A stretch of 64,000 nucleotides of DNA from NCBI GenBank assembly GCA_965198175.1, contig OZ240245.1, forward strand, positions 2,624,001 to 2,688,000, given 5' to 3'. Under the pieces are notes generated by a model that did no database searches, was not told the origin of the DNA, and saw only the letters and a list, made by a program, of their open reading frames with translations. The stretch is from Candidatus Poribacteria bacterium. Its GTDB lineage: Bacteria > Poribacteria > WGA-4E > PCPOR2b. Both the position numbers and the translations under genes were made by a program. Positions 31,890 to 41,771 of the stretch are shown one piece after another. The number at the start of each line of letters is the position of its first letter. Within the stretch, counting starts at the first letter, position 1.

Positions 31890-31918
31890 TTGGCACGGTT
31901 TTTATTTTGTGATACAAT
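31890..31918 (+). promoter_or_regulatory. Putative extended -10 sigma70 promoter
   Basis: TTGGCA-N17-TACAAT with TG before the -10 element. Confidence 0.5.
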
Positions 31919-32009
31919 AATCTTTTAGTAATCCAATGTGACATAGGCGACAAGAAGTCTAATTTAACACTTGTGTTTTTAACTCACTCCGGTGAGGAAG
32001 GAGTTGCAA

Positions 32010-32684
32010 ATGAAAAGAAAACTTCTATTGATACTAGCATTAGTTGCGGTTGCATGCGGTCTTGTATTCACTGTTCAGAGTCAGATGGGCGGGAAGAATG
32101 AGGTTCAGCCAATGTACGGTAGCCTGCTTATTGACGGTTATGATTTCAAGAACGATATCGGCCCGAAAGGTACCATCATATACGATGAAGACAAAAATGA
32201 ATTTAGAGGCACCTATATTGGGCTAAAGATGCCCCAGGGGCGTCGCGCTGTTTTCGCATGGCTTCACGATACTGTCAATCAGAAATCGGAATATATCGGG
32301 CCAGTGGGCTGGTTAAAAGTTGATACCGGTGGCAAAAAGAAAGGCAAGTTCACTATCACAGTTCCGGATAAATTCAAGGGCGGAAATTTTGGTAGTTACG
32401 AGATTATCGGATTCACCGCCGAGAAAACATCGTTCATAGCAAACGGTACTGAGGCCGTGCAGAAACCGACGAAGCCCTCCGGTAGTGATATCAGAAAAGA
32501 ATTAGATCCCGCTTTTTATCTCTATGCATCGCTGCCAAGTTCAGACACGCCAATGCATTACTGCGGGCACGGAGGGGATTTCTTCTTTGCGAAAGATTTG
32601 GAAAATCAGCTCTGTTACGACTGACTGTGCGGAACAACGTATTCAAAGTGTAAAGCTGCTGGGCTAAGAGCACACAGTAAATAG
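32010..32684 (+). CDS. Exported hypothetical protein, probable selenoprotein (CxxU); ends at 32624 if TGA is a stop
   Basis: RBS AGGAG, signal peptide. After ...HYCGHGGDFFFAKDLENQLCYD the TGA (32622-32624) is followed in frame by LCGTTYSKCKAAGLRAHSK and TAG. Confidence 0.7.
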
Positions 32685-32739
32685 CATTTTGAATATATCC
32701 TCGGCTCGTGTAGCTGAGGCAATGTAATTATTCCATTAT

Positions 32740-33022
32740 GTAGGGGAAGGCCTTGTGTCTGCCCACAGCACTGTGGGAGGGAGATCCTTCTCCCGACTGT
32801 CGAGAATCAAGCGACTGGATAAGGAGTGCGATAGCGTATTTAGCCGATAGTAAACCCCCACGATAGTTTAGATGCCGCTCCCAAAGGGGATGATCTCTGT
32901 CGGTTCATTCAATCATCATTCCCCTCCTTACCAAGGAGGGGTTAGGGGAGGTTGTAGTTGGGTGGAGCGATCAACCGAACGAATAGTGATGGATCAAGGA
33001 AACGGATAGTGACCGCGATAGT
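32740..33022. repeat. Cluster of mixed REP-like fragments
   Basis: GTAGGGGAAGGCCTTGTGTCTGCCC, GTGGGAGGGAGATCCTTCTCCCGAC, CCCCTCCTTACCAAGGAGGGG, GTAGTTGGGTGGAGCG and the 54-bp repeat occur in series. Confidence 0.6.
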
Positions 33023-33111
33023 ATTTACCTTGTAAATCAATGACGATAGAGATTCTGCCCTGCAACAACACCGGGATGTAGATGTATCAACTTGTAGGGA
33101 GTTCTACCACC

Positions 33112-33480
33112 ATGGGTTGCGGTAAAACGACACCAATCTTGCGAATCTTTGACGAGGCTAAGACGAAGGAGTTTTATGTCGAGTTCTTGGGTTTCAAGGT
33201 TGACTGGGAACACCGTTTTTCAGACGATGCGCCGCTCTACATGCAGATCTCGAAGGACGACTGTGTCATCCATTTGTCAGAGCATCACGGCGACTGCTGT
33301 CCCGGCGGGGCAATGAGAATCGAAACGAAAGGGCTAGACGCGCTCCAGAAAGAACTAATCGCCAAGAAGTACAAGTACTACCGGCCGGGAATAGAAGAAA
33401 TGCCTTGGGGCAGCAGGGACATGTCAGTCACCGATCCATTCGGCAACAGATTGACGTTTACAGATGCGATAACTGCCTAA
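33112..33480 (+). CDS. Glyoxalase/bleomycin-resistance (VOC) superfamily protein
   Basis: TPILRIFDE...FYVEFLGF...HLSEHHGD...MPWG...DPFGNRL. Confidence 0.9.
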   Translation: MGCGKTTPILRIFDEAKTKEFYVEFLGFKVDWEHRFSDDAPLYMQISKDDCVIHLSEHHGDCCPGGAMRIETKGLDALQKELIAKKYKYYRPGIEEMPWGSRDMSVTDPFGNRLTFTDAITA

Positions 33481-33616
33481 CGAAAGCCATTCCAGTATGA
33501 TATAGCAATACTCAACGTTTTTTGTTTATCCTTATTATTCTTGTCACAATCCCTTCCCCCAATCATTGTTTTTTGGCTCACACGCTTTCTCACCACCAAT
33601 CATCAAGGCACGCTTA

Positions 33617-36034
33617 ATGAAGGTCAAACAGATTCCAATTTTGAATACTGATGATGGCGACCTGATGCGTATCAGCCGTGAAGGATTGTTGTCCCTAAAT
33701 CTTGCCGAAATGCAGGCAATTCGTACCTACTTCACCAAACTAGAAAGAGATCCAACTGATGTTGAGCTTGAAACGCTCGCTCAAACATGGTCCGAGCATT
33801 GTATCCACAAGACCTTTCGGGGGATGATTGAGTATTCCGAAGACGGTTGCGAGACGATCGTAATTGACGGGCTCCTCAAAACAACAATCATGCGTGCAAC
33901 GGAAACGATTGACAAAAGTTGGTGCGTCTCTACCTTTTCCGATAACGCTGGCATCATCGAATTTGATGATGACTATAATGTCGTTTTCAAGGTTGAGACG
34001 CACAATCACCCCTCCGCCATCGAGCCCTATGGTGGCGCGGGAACGGGAATCGGCGGAGTCATCCGCGACTCACTCGGTACTGGGCTTGGTGCAAAGCCAG
34101 TCCTGAATACGGACGTCTTCTGTTTAGGGCTTCCGAACCTAAGTTATGACGCGCTTCCCAAGGGTGCGCTTCATCCGAAGCGAATCTTCAAAGGCGTCGT
34201 GGCGGGTGTGCGGGACTACGGTAATCGCATGGGCATCCCAACGGCAAATGGCGCCATCCTATTCGATCAGCGGTATACCGCGAATCCGCTCGTATACTGC
34301 GGTAACGTCGGGTTAATTCCGAATAATCGGTGCGACAAGGAGGTCGTGCCCGGCGATTGTATCGTTGCGCTTGGCGGACGAACGGGACGCGACGGTATTC
34401 ACGGGGCGACGTTTTCTTCGCTAGAGTTGGATGACACCTCCGAAACACTCGGTAGTGTCGTCCAAATTGGCAACCCAATCATTGAGAAGAAAATCGTTGA
34501 TGCCTTGTTGCAAGCGCGCGATCGATACCTCTACCGCTCCATCACGGATTGCGGTGCGGGCGGCTTTTCCTCAGCGGTTGGCGAGATGGGTCAGGATACG
34601 GGCGCAGAGGTACATCTAGAAAATGTACCTCTCAAATACAAAGGTCTTGACCCGTGGGAGATTTGGCTTTCAGAAGCACAGGAGCGGATGGTGATCGCTG
34701 TTCCTCCCGAAAATCTAGAGGCGCTGATGGGAATCTGCGAGGCGGAGTCGGTCGAAGCTACGATGCTTGGTAAGTTCACGGATAGCCGGAAATTGCGCGT
34801 GTTGTATGATGGCGAAACCGTAGCGGATATGGACATGGACTTCCTTCACAATGGATTGCCGCGTATCACAAAAAAGGCGATCTGGGAATCGCCTCAGCAC
34901 CGTGAACCGAATGCGGTAGAAACCGCGGGGTTGAACCCCTGTAGTTGCCTGTCGCACTCCGAAATAACAGAGAATCTCTTTAAGATTCTCGGCAGCCCAA
35001 ACGTTGCGAGCAAAGAATGGGTCATCCGCCAGTACGACCACGAGGTTCAGGGTGGGATTGTTGTCAAGCCGCTTGTCGGAATCGAAAATGACGGACCCGG
35101 CGACGCTTGCATCGCTACCCCGGTCCTTGGATCACAGCGGGGCGTCATTGTAGCCAACGGTATCAATTCAAGGTATGGTGACATCGATCCCTATCACAGC
35201 GCGGCGTCGGCGATTGACGAAGCACTGCGGAACGTCATCGCTGTCGGGGGCAATCTAGAACATACGGCGCTGCTCGACAACTTCAGTTGGGGGAATCCCG
35301 ATAAACCGGATCGACTTGGTGGATTAGTACGCGCAGCGAAGGCGTGTTACGATATTGCCGTCGCCTACGGCACGCCCTTCATCTCTGGCAAAGACAGCCT
35401 CTACAACGAGTACCGTGATACCACCACCGGTGAACAACTCGCTATCCCGCCGACACTGCTGATCTCCGCGATTTGCGTCATGCCGGACGTGAGTAAAGCA
35501 GTTACGATGGACGCCAAATCGCCGGGCGACTTAGTTTACCTTGTTGGGGAGACGTACCCCGAACTCGGCGGATCGCATTACTACGCCATTCACGGCTTTA
35601 TCGGAAACAACGCGCCGAAAGTGCGCCCCAACGAGAGCAAGCGGACGATGATTGCGCTAAGTCATGCCATCAATGGTCAACTTGTCCGTTCGTGTCACGA
35701 CTGTTCCGAGGGTGGCATCGGTGTGGCTGTGGCAGAGATGGCTTTTGCCGGCGGACTGGGTATGCAATTGGATTTAGGGCACGTCCCTCGTGATGCCTCC
35801 ATCACAGCAGACAACATCCTGCTGTTCGCCGAGTCCAATAGCCGCTTCGTTGTGGGCATCTCGCCCGATAAACGTGAAGCATTTGAGATGGCGATGGTGG
35901 GCATCCCTTTCGGTTGCATCGGTACAATAGTTGAAACTACAGATTTCGTGATTAAAGGAATGGGTGGCGGCACAATTATTCGGACGACAATAAATCGCCT
36001 CAAAGAAAGTTGGCAGAGTACATTTCGCTGGTGA
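33617..36034 (+). CDS. purL: Phosphoribosylformylglycinamidine synthase subunit PurL
   Basis: WSEHC, KVETHNHPSAIEPYGGAGTG, TGRDGIHGA, DCGAGG, SEAQERM, QYDHEV, HDCSEGG. Confidence 0.97.
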   Translation: MKVKQIPILNTDDGDLMRISREGLLSLNLAEMQAIRTYFTKLERDPTDVELETLAQTWSEHCIHKTFRGMIEYSEDGCETIVIDGLLKTTIMRATETIDKSWCVSTFSDNAGIIEFDDDYNVVFKVETHNHPSAIEPYGGAGTGIGGVIRDSLGTGLGAKPVLNTDVFCLGLPNLSYDALPKGALHPKRIFKGVVAGVRDYGNRMGIPTANGAILFDQRYTANPLVYCGNVGLIPNNRCDKEVVPGDCIVALGGRTGRDGIHGATFSSLELDDTSETLGSVVQIGNPIIEKKIVDALLQARDRYLYRSITDCGAGGFSSAVGEMGQDTGAEVHLENVPLKYKGLDPWEIWLSEAQERMVIAVPPENLEALMGICEAESVEATMLGKFTDSRKLRVLYDGETVADMDMDFLHNGLPRITKKAIWESPQHREPNAVETAGLNPCSCLSHSEITENLFKILGSPNVASKEWVIRQYDHEVQGGIVVKPLVGIENDGPGDACIATPVLGSQRGVIVANGINSRYGDIDPYHSAASAIDEALRNVIAVGGNLEHTALLDNFSWGNPDKPDRLGGLVRAAKACYDIAVAYGTPFISGKDSLYNEYRDTTTGEQLAIPPTLLISAICVMPDVSKAVTMDAKSPGDLVYLVGETYPELGGSHYYAIHGFIGNNAPKVRPNESKRTMIALSHAINGQLVRSCHDCSEGGIGVAVAEMAFAGGLGMQLDLGHVPRDASITADNILLFAESNSRFVVGISPDKREAFEMAMVGIPFGCIGTIVETTDFVIKGMGGGTIIRTTINRLKESWQSTFRW

Positions 36035-36227
36035 TTTCACCTTACAGACTAAGGCGTGTTGACATTTGCTGTTGCCAATCCGGAATACAATCGGGCGATC
36101 CGCCAAAACCCAATACGGTTGCCCAAAATCGCCGCAAGACAGCGGGTCATATAACACCTTAATATATATACGGCAAAAACGTAGCATAAATACAAGTTGG
36201 GTTGACGATCCACAGCGAAGAGCTGAC

Positions 36228-36330
36228 ATGCCCGGTGCATCAGTCTTTGCGAAGTTCATTTGCGGCGAGTTGCCCGCGCGCTTCGTCTGGCGTGGCAACC
36301 ACGCTGTTGTGTTCCTCTCGAAGTGGCCGC
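36228..36330 (+). pseudogene. N-terminal remnant of a HIT-family gene
   Basis: MPGASVFAKFICGELPARFVWRGNHAVVFLSKWP matches HIT N-termini. No HxHxH motif follows. Confidence 0.45.
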
Positions 36331-36404
36331 AGCGATCCTTCGGTCGTCTCCCCTGGGACTGGGGCATTCCAAAACGGTTCCGACCGTTGAGTAGGTCGGA
36401 CGCC

Positions 36405-36491
36405 GCGCAACAAGCCGTTGCAACTGACACCGCTTCGCGTCACACCGGCTGCTGTCGCAACCAATGCGCCGCTGAACTTGGGTCGTGTCTC
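36405..36491 (+). other. Degenerate integron attC-like site
   Basis: GCGCAAC-AAGCCGTTGCAACTGACACCGCTTCGCG...GCGCCGCTGAACTTGGGTCGT resembles the R''-L''...L'-R' layout. The R' GTT is degenerate. Confidence 0.5.
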
Positions 36492-36511
36492 TACAGTAAG
36501 GAGATAGCACG

Positions 36512-37798
36512 TTGAATTTGGGAACCTTTACAGTTGACTGCACACCGCCCGTTGGATGTCCCGTATCATTCGGGGAAACGGGCGGTACGACAGAAATTAG
36601 AGATCCTCTATTTTTACGAGGTTTCGTCCTCGATGATGAATACCACAGATGCCTAATTGCAACGATGGATTTTTGCGGTTTGATGAATAGCGCTTACGAT
36701 GATCTCGCAGGGGTATTTGCCAAGGCTCTTAATGTCCCAACAGAGCGAGTCATAATTCACTGCATCCATCAGCATGATGCTCCGCTGTTGAACTATGAGA
36801 TCGCGGCATATCTCGATTGCGCGGCTTATCCCAGGCAATGGTGGACAGATGTGCTGAAGAAATGTGCTCAATCTGCGGCAGAATGTCTCAATAGGATGGT
36901 CACAATCTCCTCTCTGGGCTACAACGAAACCAGACTCCACGGCTATGCGTCGAACAGAAGGATTCTGGGACGCGACGGGAAGGTCGTCGGTATGAGGTTC
37001 AGTAAATGCGGTGACGCTGCGCTCAAAAAAGAACCTGTAGGAATCATCGATCCGATGCTCAGGACGGTGGCTTTCAAAGATTCATTGGGGAAGATAGCCG
37101 GGTCGATGAGTTTTTATGCGACACATCCACAGGTCTCCAATGGCAGGAATATGTACAGTGCCGATGCTCCAGGTGAAGCGTTAAATATCCTAAAAGGGCA
37201 CTGGGGAGATGGACTACACGGGTTCTTCACCGGAGCGGGCGGAAACATTACCGCCGGCAAGTATGCTTCGCCAACTGATCTGGAGGGCAACCTTCTCAGG
37301 TTCGGAAAGATTCTGGCAGATGGGATTAACCTGAACCTTGGCACAATGAAATGGGAAGAGGCAAGAGAGCTGGAGTGGCATGCGACTGACTTCCCTTTCC
37401 CATTCCAGCAGATGGACAAGGACAATCTATTAAGTCAGATCAACGATGAAAGCGTCAGCGACCACGAAAGGCTTCAAAAAGCCGTTCTGCTGACTTGTCT
37501 TGAATATGAGAAAAACGCGTCATATCACCTGTCTCTACTGAGGACAGGGAGTGTCAAGATGCTATTTTTGCCGGGTGAGCCCTTTGTTGAATATCAACTT
37601 TATGCGCAGTCACTAATCCCTGATGAATTCCTAGCCGTTGTGGGTAATTGCAGTGATAATTTCCTGTATCTGCCTCTGGCGAAGCATTTCGAGGAAGGCG
37701 GATACGAGGTGGATTCATTCTGTTGGTGCACAATAGACTTTGAGAGACGTTTCAAGAAAGCTCTGCCAGGCGTGCTCTCAAAACAGATGCTTATGTAA
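36512..37798 (+). CDS. Neutral/alkaline ceramidase-like amidohydrolase-fold protein
   Basis: RBS AAGGAG, TTG start; RDPLFLR, IHCIHQHDAP, ASNRR, YATHPQ, LPGEPFVEYQL, GGYE. Confidence 0.7.
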   Translation: MNLGTFTVDCTPPVGCPVSFGETGGTTEIRDPLFLRGFVLDDEYHRCLIATMDFCGLMNSAYDDLAGVFAKALNVPTERVIIHCIHQHDAPLLNYEIAAYLDCAAYPRQWWTDVLKKCAQSAAECLNRMVTISSLGYNETRLHGYASNRRILGRDGKVVGMRFSKCGDAALKKEPVGIIDPMLRTVAFKDSLGKIAGSMSFYATHPQVSNGRNMYSADAPGEALNILKGHWGDGLHGFFTGAGGNITAGKYASPTDLEGNLLRFGKILADGINLNLGTMKWEEARELEWHATDFPFPFQQMDKDNLLSQINDESVSDHERLQKAVLLTCLEYEKNASYHLSLLRTGSVKMLFLPGEPFVEYQLYAQSLIPDEFLAVVGNCSDNFLYLPLAKHFEEGGYEVDSFCWCTIDFERRFKKALPGVLSKQMLM

Positions 37799-38197
37799 CA
37801 GATAACCGAAGCGCTTGAATCACCTGACCTTATTGCCCAAGATGCTGTTGATTCTCAGCGGTTGGGATACGCCCGGACATACCGGACGCAACCACAACGC
37901 TGGATTAATGCAGCTTAAAATGACCTTGTTCAAAAGCTGTCTTTATAAACTGAAAACGGTATTAGTCCCAATCTGTCGGAACGACAGGGGAATCTCTGCT
38001 TTTATGAATGGCTTTGGGGTGTACGGCGGGTTTTGGTTTGTCGGGCGTACTTCGGCAAACCCTACCAAGGTTTAGGCATGAAAATGAGTTGCCAGGGCTT
38101 ATCAGGCTAATACTACTTTTGTCTCAAATGTCGACAAGACTCCTACCAAATCATCGACTTGGTAGGAGATGAATCGGTCATTTGCCTATCTGCCTCT

Positions 38198-39019
38198 TCA
38201 CCGATTCGTCCATTTTAATGTCCCCCACGTCGTAGTAAGCGCTTTGTCCACTGGGGAAACAGGCAATATCTCGGCAAAACCGTCCTTCATGGCAGTGGTA
38301 ATTTCATCTTGACTTAGTGCTCTACTGAAAACAATGGCTTCGTCAACCATCCCCTGGAACTCCCGGTTCCCATGGCGACTCCAGTTAGCGATGCGAAAGT
38401 TATCTGTGGCAACCGCGAGCTCTTGTGGAAGGCCTACCTCCGCGGACACCTCACCGTTCAGATAATGTGTCAGTTTACCATCCTTACGTACAACTACAAA
38501 ATGCTGCCAAACACCGGTCTCCAGTTGGGTTTTCGCCGCTTGACCAAGCCAACATTGGCGTGGCGCACCTCCCCCGATAAAGTAGAACAGATTTGGAGAG
38601 TCGCTATTCTGTTCAATGGACATTCCCTCACAATTTACCGGAGGTCCTGGATCGCCGCCATGACTAGAGAGAATATTTGCCCACTGCTTTTGTGTCTCGC
38701 CTGGATTTACCCAAAGGCCCATTGTGAAATCATCGGTTTCCACAACGACTGGGACATTTATCTGTACATAATCAGCAATACCATCGAAATCCAAAGCTTC
38801 ACCAAATTTTCCCTCGACCCATTTCGGATCATGCACAAGCTCTCCATCATTTCCATTGCCGGAGGCATCGGCTACTTTATCTCCTTTTCCTTCGTCAAAA
38901 AGCCATATCGCTACAGCGCCTTTAATGTCAAGTTGGGCATCGGTTCTACCTGTTAACACCAGACTGATAATGATCAAGCCGATACAAAAGATGGTTAATC
39001 TGACAACTGTGCTTTTCAT
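38198..39019 (-). CDS. Secreted LamG/concanavalin-A-like domain protein (A1)
   Basis: Signal peptide, WLFDEG, GKFGEALDFDG, WQHFVVV, YLNG, GMVDE..FSRALS, tail VSPVDKALTTTWGTLK. Start set by RBS and the paralogue. Confidence 0.9.
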   Translation of the reverse strand: MKSTVVRLTIFCIGLIIISLVLTGRTDAQLDIKGAVAIWLFDEGKGDKVADASGNGNDGELVHDPKWVEGKFGEALDFDGIADYVQINVPVVVETDDFTMGLWVNPGETQKQWANILSSHGGDPGPPVNCEGMSIEQNSDSPNLFYFIGGGAPRQCWLGQAAKTQLETGVWQHFVVVRKDGKLTHYLNGEVSAEVGLPQELAVATDNFRIANWSRHGNREFQGMVDEAIVFSRALSQDEITTAMKDGFAEILPVSPVDKALTTTWGTLKWTNR

Positions 39020-39270
39020 AAGACATTCTCCTTCTATAATTTGTCGGTCGGGTTTCCGAAATCGACAAGGAAATCGCCGGGTTTGAAACCCGATCGACAA
39101 TTTCACGCCACAATCTCCTTTTTTGCGGTTTATTAAATCGAGGAACTCCATTGCTGATTAGAATGAAGTCACACGTCATGTGTAAACAAGATAAGATAGG
39201 TCCTTCTCCTACGTATTACTCGTAGCGCATAATTCTTTCCTAGATTAGGTGCTTCTCAAGGCTTAGCCGA

Positions 39271-39360
39271 TTATGGTTCGCGCAAGGTGACCTGCAGTTC
39301 CACGTCCGGTTTCAGGTCGAACACGAGAATTAGATGGAACTCACCGTTTGTGTTCTTAGC
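39271..39360 (-). pseudogene. 3' remnant of a copy of the 42868-44634 gene
   Basis: Translates to AKNTNGEFHLILVFDLKPDVELQVTLREP*, versus AKNTDGEFHLILVFDLKPDAELQVTLREP* in the intact gene. Confidence 0.85.
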
Positions 39361-39508
39361 GTAGGATAAGTATGATGCTAAAACCGTCGGAGTATTCAAA
39401 ACCGCATCGAAGATGGGGGTTGGATCCCTGGCCATCACAATCAACGTGGTAGAGTAAGAGGAAGCAGGGGCACCGTGCCTCTGCTTGAGGATTAAGACGT
39501 ATGTCAGA

Positions 39509-40330
39509 TTAAAATTGCGTTTTTATCCCTCCCCAAACAGCAGCAATTTTCCCTGCTGGGGAAACGGCGCCTTGAACGGCAAAGCCTGCGTCCATGAGGC
39601 TCATAATTTCATCCTGACTCAACGCTCTCTCGAAAATAAAGACGTCGTCAACCGTGCCATTGAACCCGCGGCCCTCAAAGACACTCCAGTTTCCGATGCG
39701 GAAATTAAGTGTGGCAGGCGCATAGGGTGTGTCACTTTGAGCGCTTCCTTCCGCGGACACCTCACCGTTCAGATAATGTGTCAATGCAGCCCCCTGGCGT
39801 ACAATCACAAAATGCTGCCAAACACCGGTTCCCAGTTGGGTTTGCACCCCTTGACCAAGCCAACATTGGCGCGGCGCTCCTCCCGCGACTAAGGAGAATA
39901 GATTTGTAGAGTCGCTAATCTGTTCAATGGACATTCCCCGACAATTTACCGGAGGTCCTGGATCGCCGCCATGACTGGAGAGAATATTAGCCCACTGGGA
40001 TTGTGTCTCGCCTGGATTTAACCATAGGCCCATTGTGAAATCAACTGTTTCGACAACGACTGGGGCATTCGCTTCCACAAAATCATCCGCCCCATCGAAA
40101 CTCATAGCTGTTCCGAACTTTCCGTCCGTCCATACTGGACCATTTACGAGGGTTCCATGGTAGTCATTGCCAGAAATATCGCCAGCTGTATCGCCTTCCC
40201 CTTCATCAAAGAGCCATATAGCCCTCGCGCCTGTCATATCAATTTGAGCATCACTGATACTTGTCAACACCAAACTGGTGAAGACCAAGCCAACGCATAA
40301 AAAGGTTAATCGGACAACTGTCTTTTTCAT
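39509..40330 (-). CDS. Secreted LamG domain protein (B1)
   Basis: Same LamG motifs; tail AVSPAGKIAAVWGGIKTQF. Confidence 0.9.
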   Translation of the reverse strand: MKKTVVRLTFLCVGLVFTSLVLTSISDAQIDMTGARAIWLFDEGEGDTAGDISGNDYHGTLVNGPVWTDGKFGTAMSFDGADDFVEANAPVVVETVDFTMGLWLNPGETQSQWANILSSHGGDPGPPVNCRGMSIEQISDSTNLFSLVAGGAPRQCWLGQGVQTQLGTGVWQHFVIVRQGAALTHYLNGEVSAEGSAQSDTPYAPATLNFRIGNWSVFEGRGFNGTVDDVFIFERALSQDEIMSLMDAGFAVQGAVSPAGKIAAVWGGIKTQF

Positions 40331-40390
40331 GAGATACTTTCCTTTCTTGAATAGTTGTCATGCACGTATCAGAAGAGCATTTTCATCAGC

Positions 40391-40550
40391 TTAAAAAAAC
40401 CAAAACACATAAGTATCTAGACCCAATTTAAGACCTATCGCTTCCCAACTGATGCCAACAATAAATTTACCTAGAATCAGTCCTAAGAAAAGCGGTGTGG
40501 CGCGACGGTATGTTTTGAGCCCTCCCCACTTAAGAAGCACAAATTTTGTG
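40391..40550 (-). pseudogene. 3' remnant of a copy of the 47928 membrane-protein gene, truncated by the IS
   Basis: VLLKWGGLKTYRRATPLFLGLILG...LGLDTYVFWFF* is nearly identical to the C-terminus of the 47928 gene and abuts the IS end. Confidence 0.88.
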
Positions 40551-41649
40551 GGTTCTTCAGAGTTAAGTGTGGGCATGAAACTTGCTCTAGGAATGTGCGT
40601 TTTTCCCTATGAGTTCAAGTTGATTTCAATAATACCCATAATGGTTCTGGAGACTCCGATGTATGCGCTTTTAACACAACTGCTAGACATTCCCAACTAC
40701 CGGGTGGTTTCTGCCGAGATTGGGACCGATAGAATCACACTGGACATTGAATCGGCATCTCAGACAGCGGCATGCCCCCATTGTGGCAAAACTTCAAAAA
40801 CGTTGCACGAAAGACACCCCCGCATCGTTCGCAACCTTCCTATCAGTGGCAAGCCGACTTAATCTTCGCTTTATCAGATGGCGATTCTTTTGTGAAGACT
40901 GTCACCGAGCGTTCTCTGAATCACTCGGCTTTGTCGACGAGCGACGCGGTTACACCCATCGTTATCAGGCTTGGATATTCCACCAAGTTCGAGAGAACAA
41001 CATCGGCGCGGTACACCGCGCTGAAGGGCTGACTTATGACCAGATTGAAAGCATCTTCCTCCACGAAGCGAGATGTCGCATCCCCTTAGCTCCCTTTGCC
41101 AATCTCAAACGTTTGGGTATTGACGAAATTGCGTTGCGTAAGGGAAGAGGAGACTTCGCTTTGATTCTGACGAATCTGGACACAAAAGAGGTCGTTGATG
41201 TGCTCAAAGCACACCCCCAAGCCCTGCAAGGCGCTCATTATGCGCTGTTAAAGAACCGTCAAGATTTAACCGATAAGCAGCAAGCGGCGCTTGAACACGT
41301 TTATCAGGTGTCTCCTTTGGTCAAGACAGCTCATCGGCTCAAGGAGTGTTTGCGACATATCTTCGAGTGTAAGCCTACTAAAGAAAAGGCGATCCTAGGA
41401 AGTGGAGCCTTATTGCTGAGAAAGCGGGGTTGTTTCCACAATTCCGTCGGACGCTAGCAAACTGGATGCACCGAATTGCCAATTACTTTTGCCACCGCAC
41501 GACCAGTGGCATGGTCGAAGGCATCAACAATAAAATCAAGTTCATCAAGCGCCGGGCTTTTGGGTTTCGCAACTTTGACCACTTCCGAATCCGAGTCATT
41601 GCAGCATTCCTATAGCCAATCGCATTTCCACACTTAACTCTGAAGAGCC
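40551..41649 (+). mobile_element. ISL3-family insertion sequence, defective (frameshifted, internally deleted transposase)
   Basis: Terminal IRs GGTTCTTCAGAGTTAAGTGTGG / CCACACTTAACTCTGAAGAGCC (21/22 match). Transposase pieces from ATG 40659: CPHCG...CEDC zinc finger, LGIDEIA, TTSGMVEGINNKIKFIKRRAFGFRNF. No target-site duplication. Confidence 0.92.
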
Positions 41650-41771
41650 ACCAAGGTTTAGGCATGAAAATGAGTTTCCAGGGCTCATCAGGCTAATACT
41701 ACTTTTATCTCAAATGCCGACAAGACTCCTTCCAAATCGTCGAGTTGGTAGGAAATGAATCGGCAATTCGC

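Larger units (their letters stand above)
38064..40550. repeat. Internally deleted, diverged duplicate of 41650-48087
   Basis: 38064-39357 matches 41650-42955, 39371-40362 matches 46168-47172 and 40363-40550 matches 47900-48087, including intergenic DNA. Confidence 0.88.

Noticed and set aside
31890..31906. Sigma54-like TTGGCAC motif
   Set aside because: The -12 element reads TTAT rather than TTGC, and a sigma70 reading fits better.
38186..38200. TGA at the end of LamG A1 followed by a short in-frame continuation
   Set aside because: The paralogue has CGA (Arg) at this position, so it is a simple CGA-to-TGA change after the tail and not selenocysteine.
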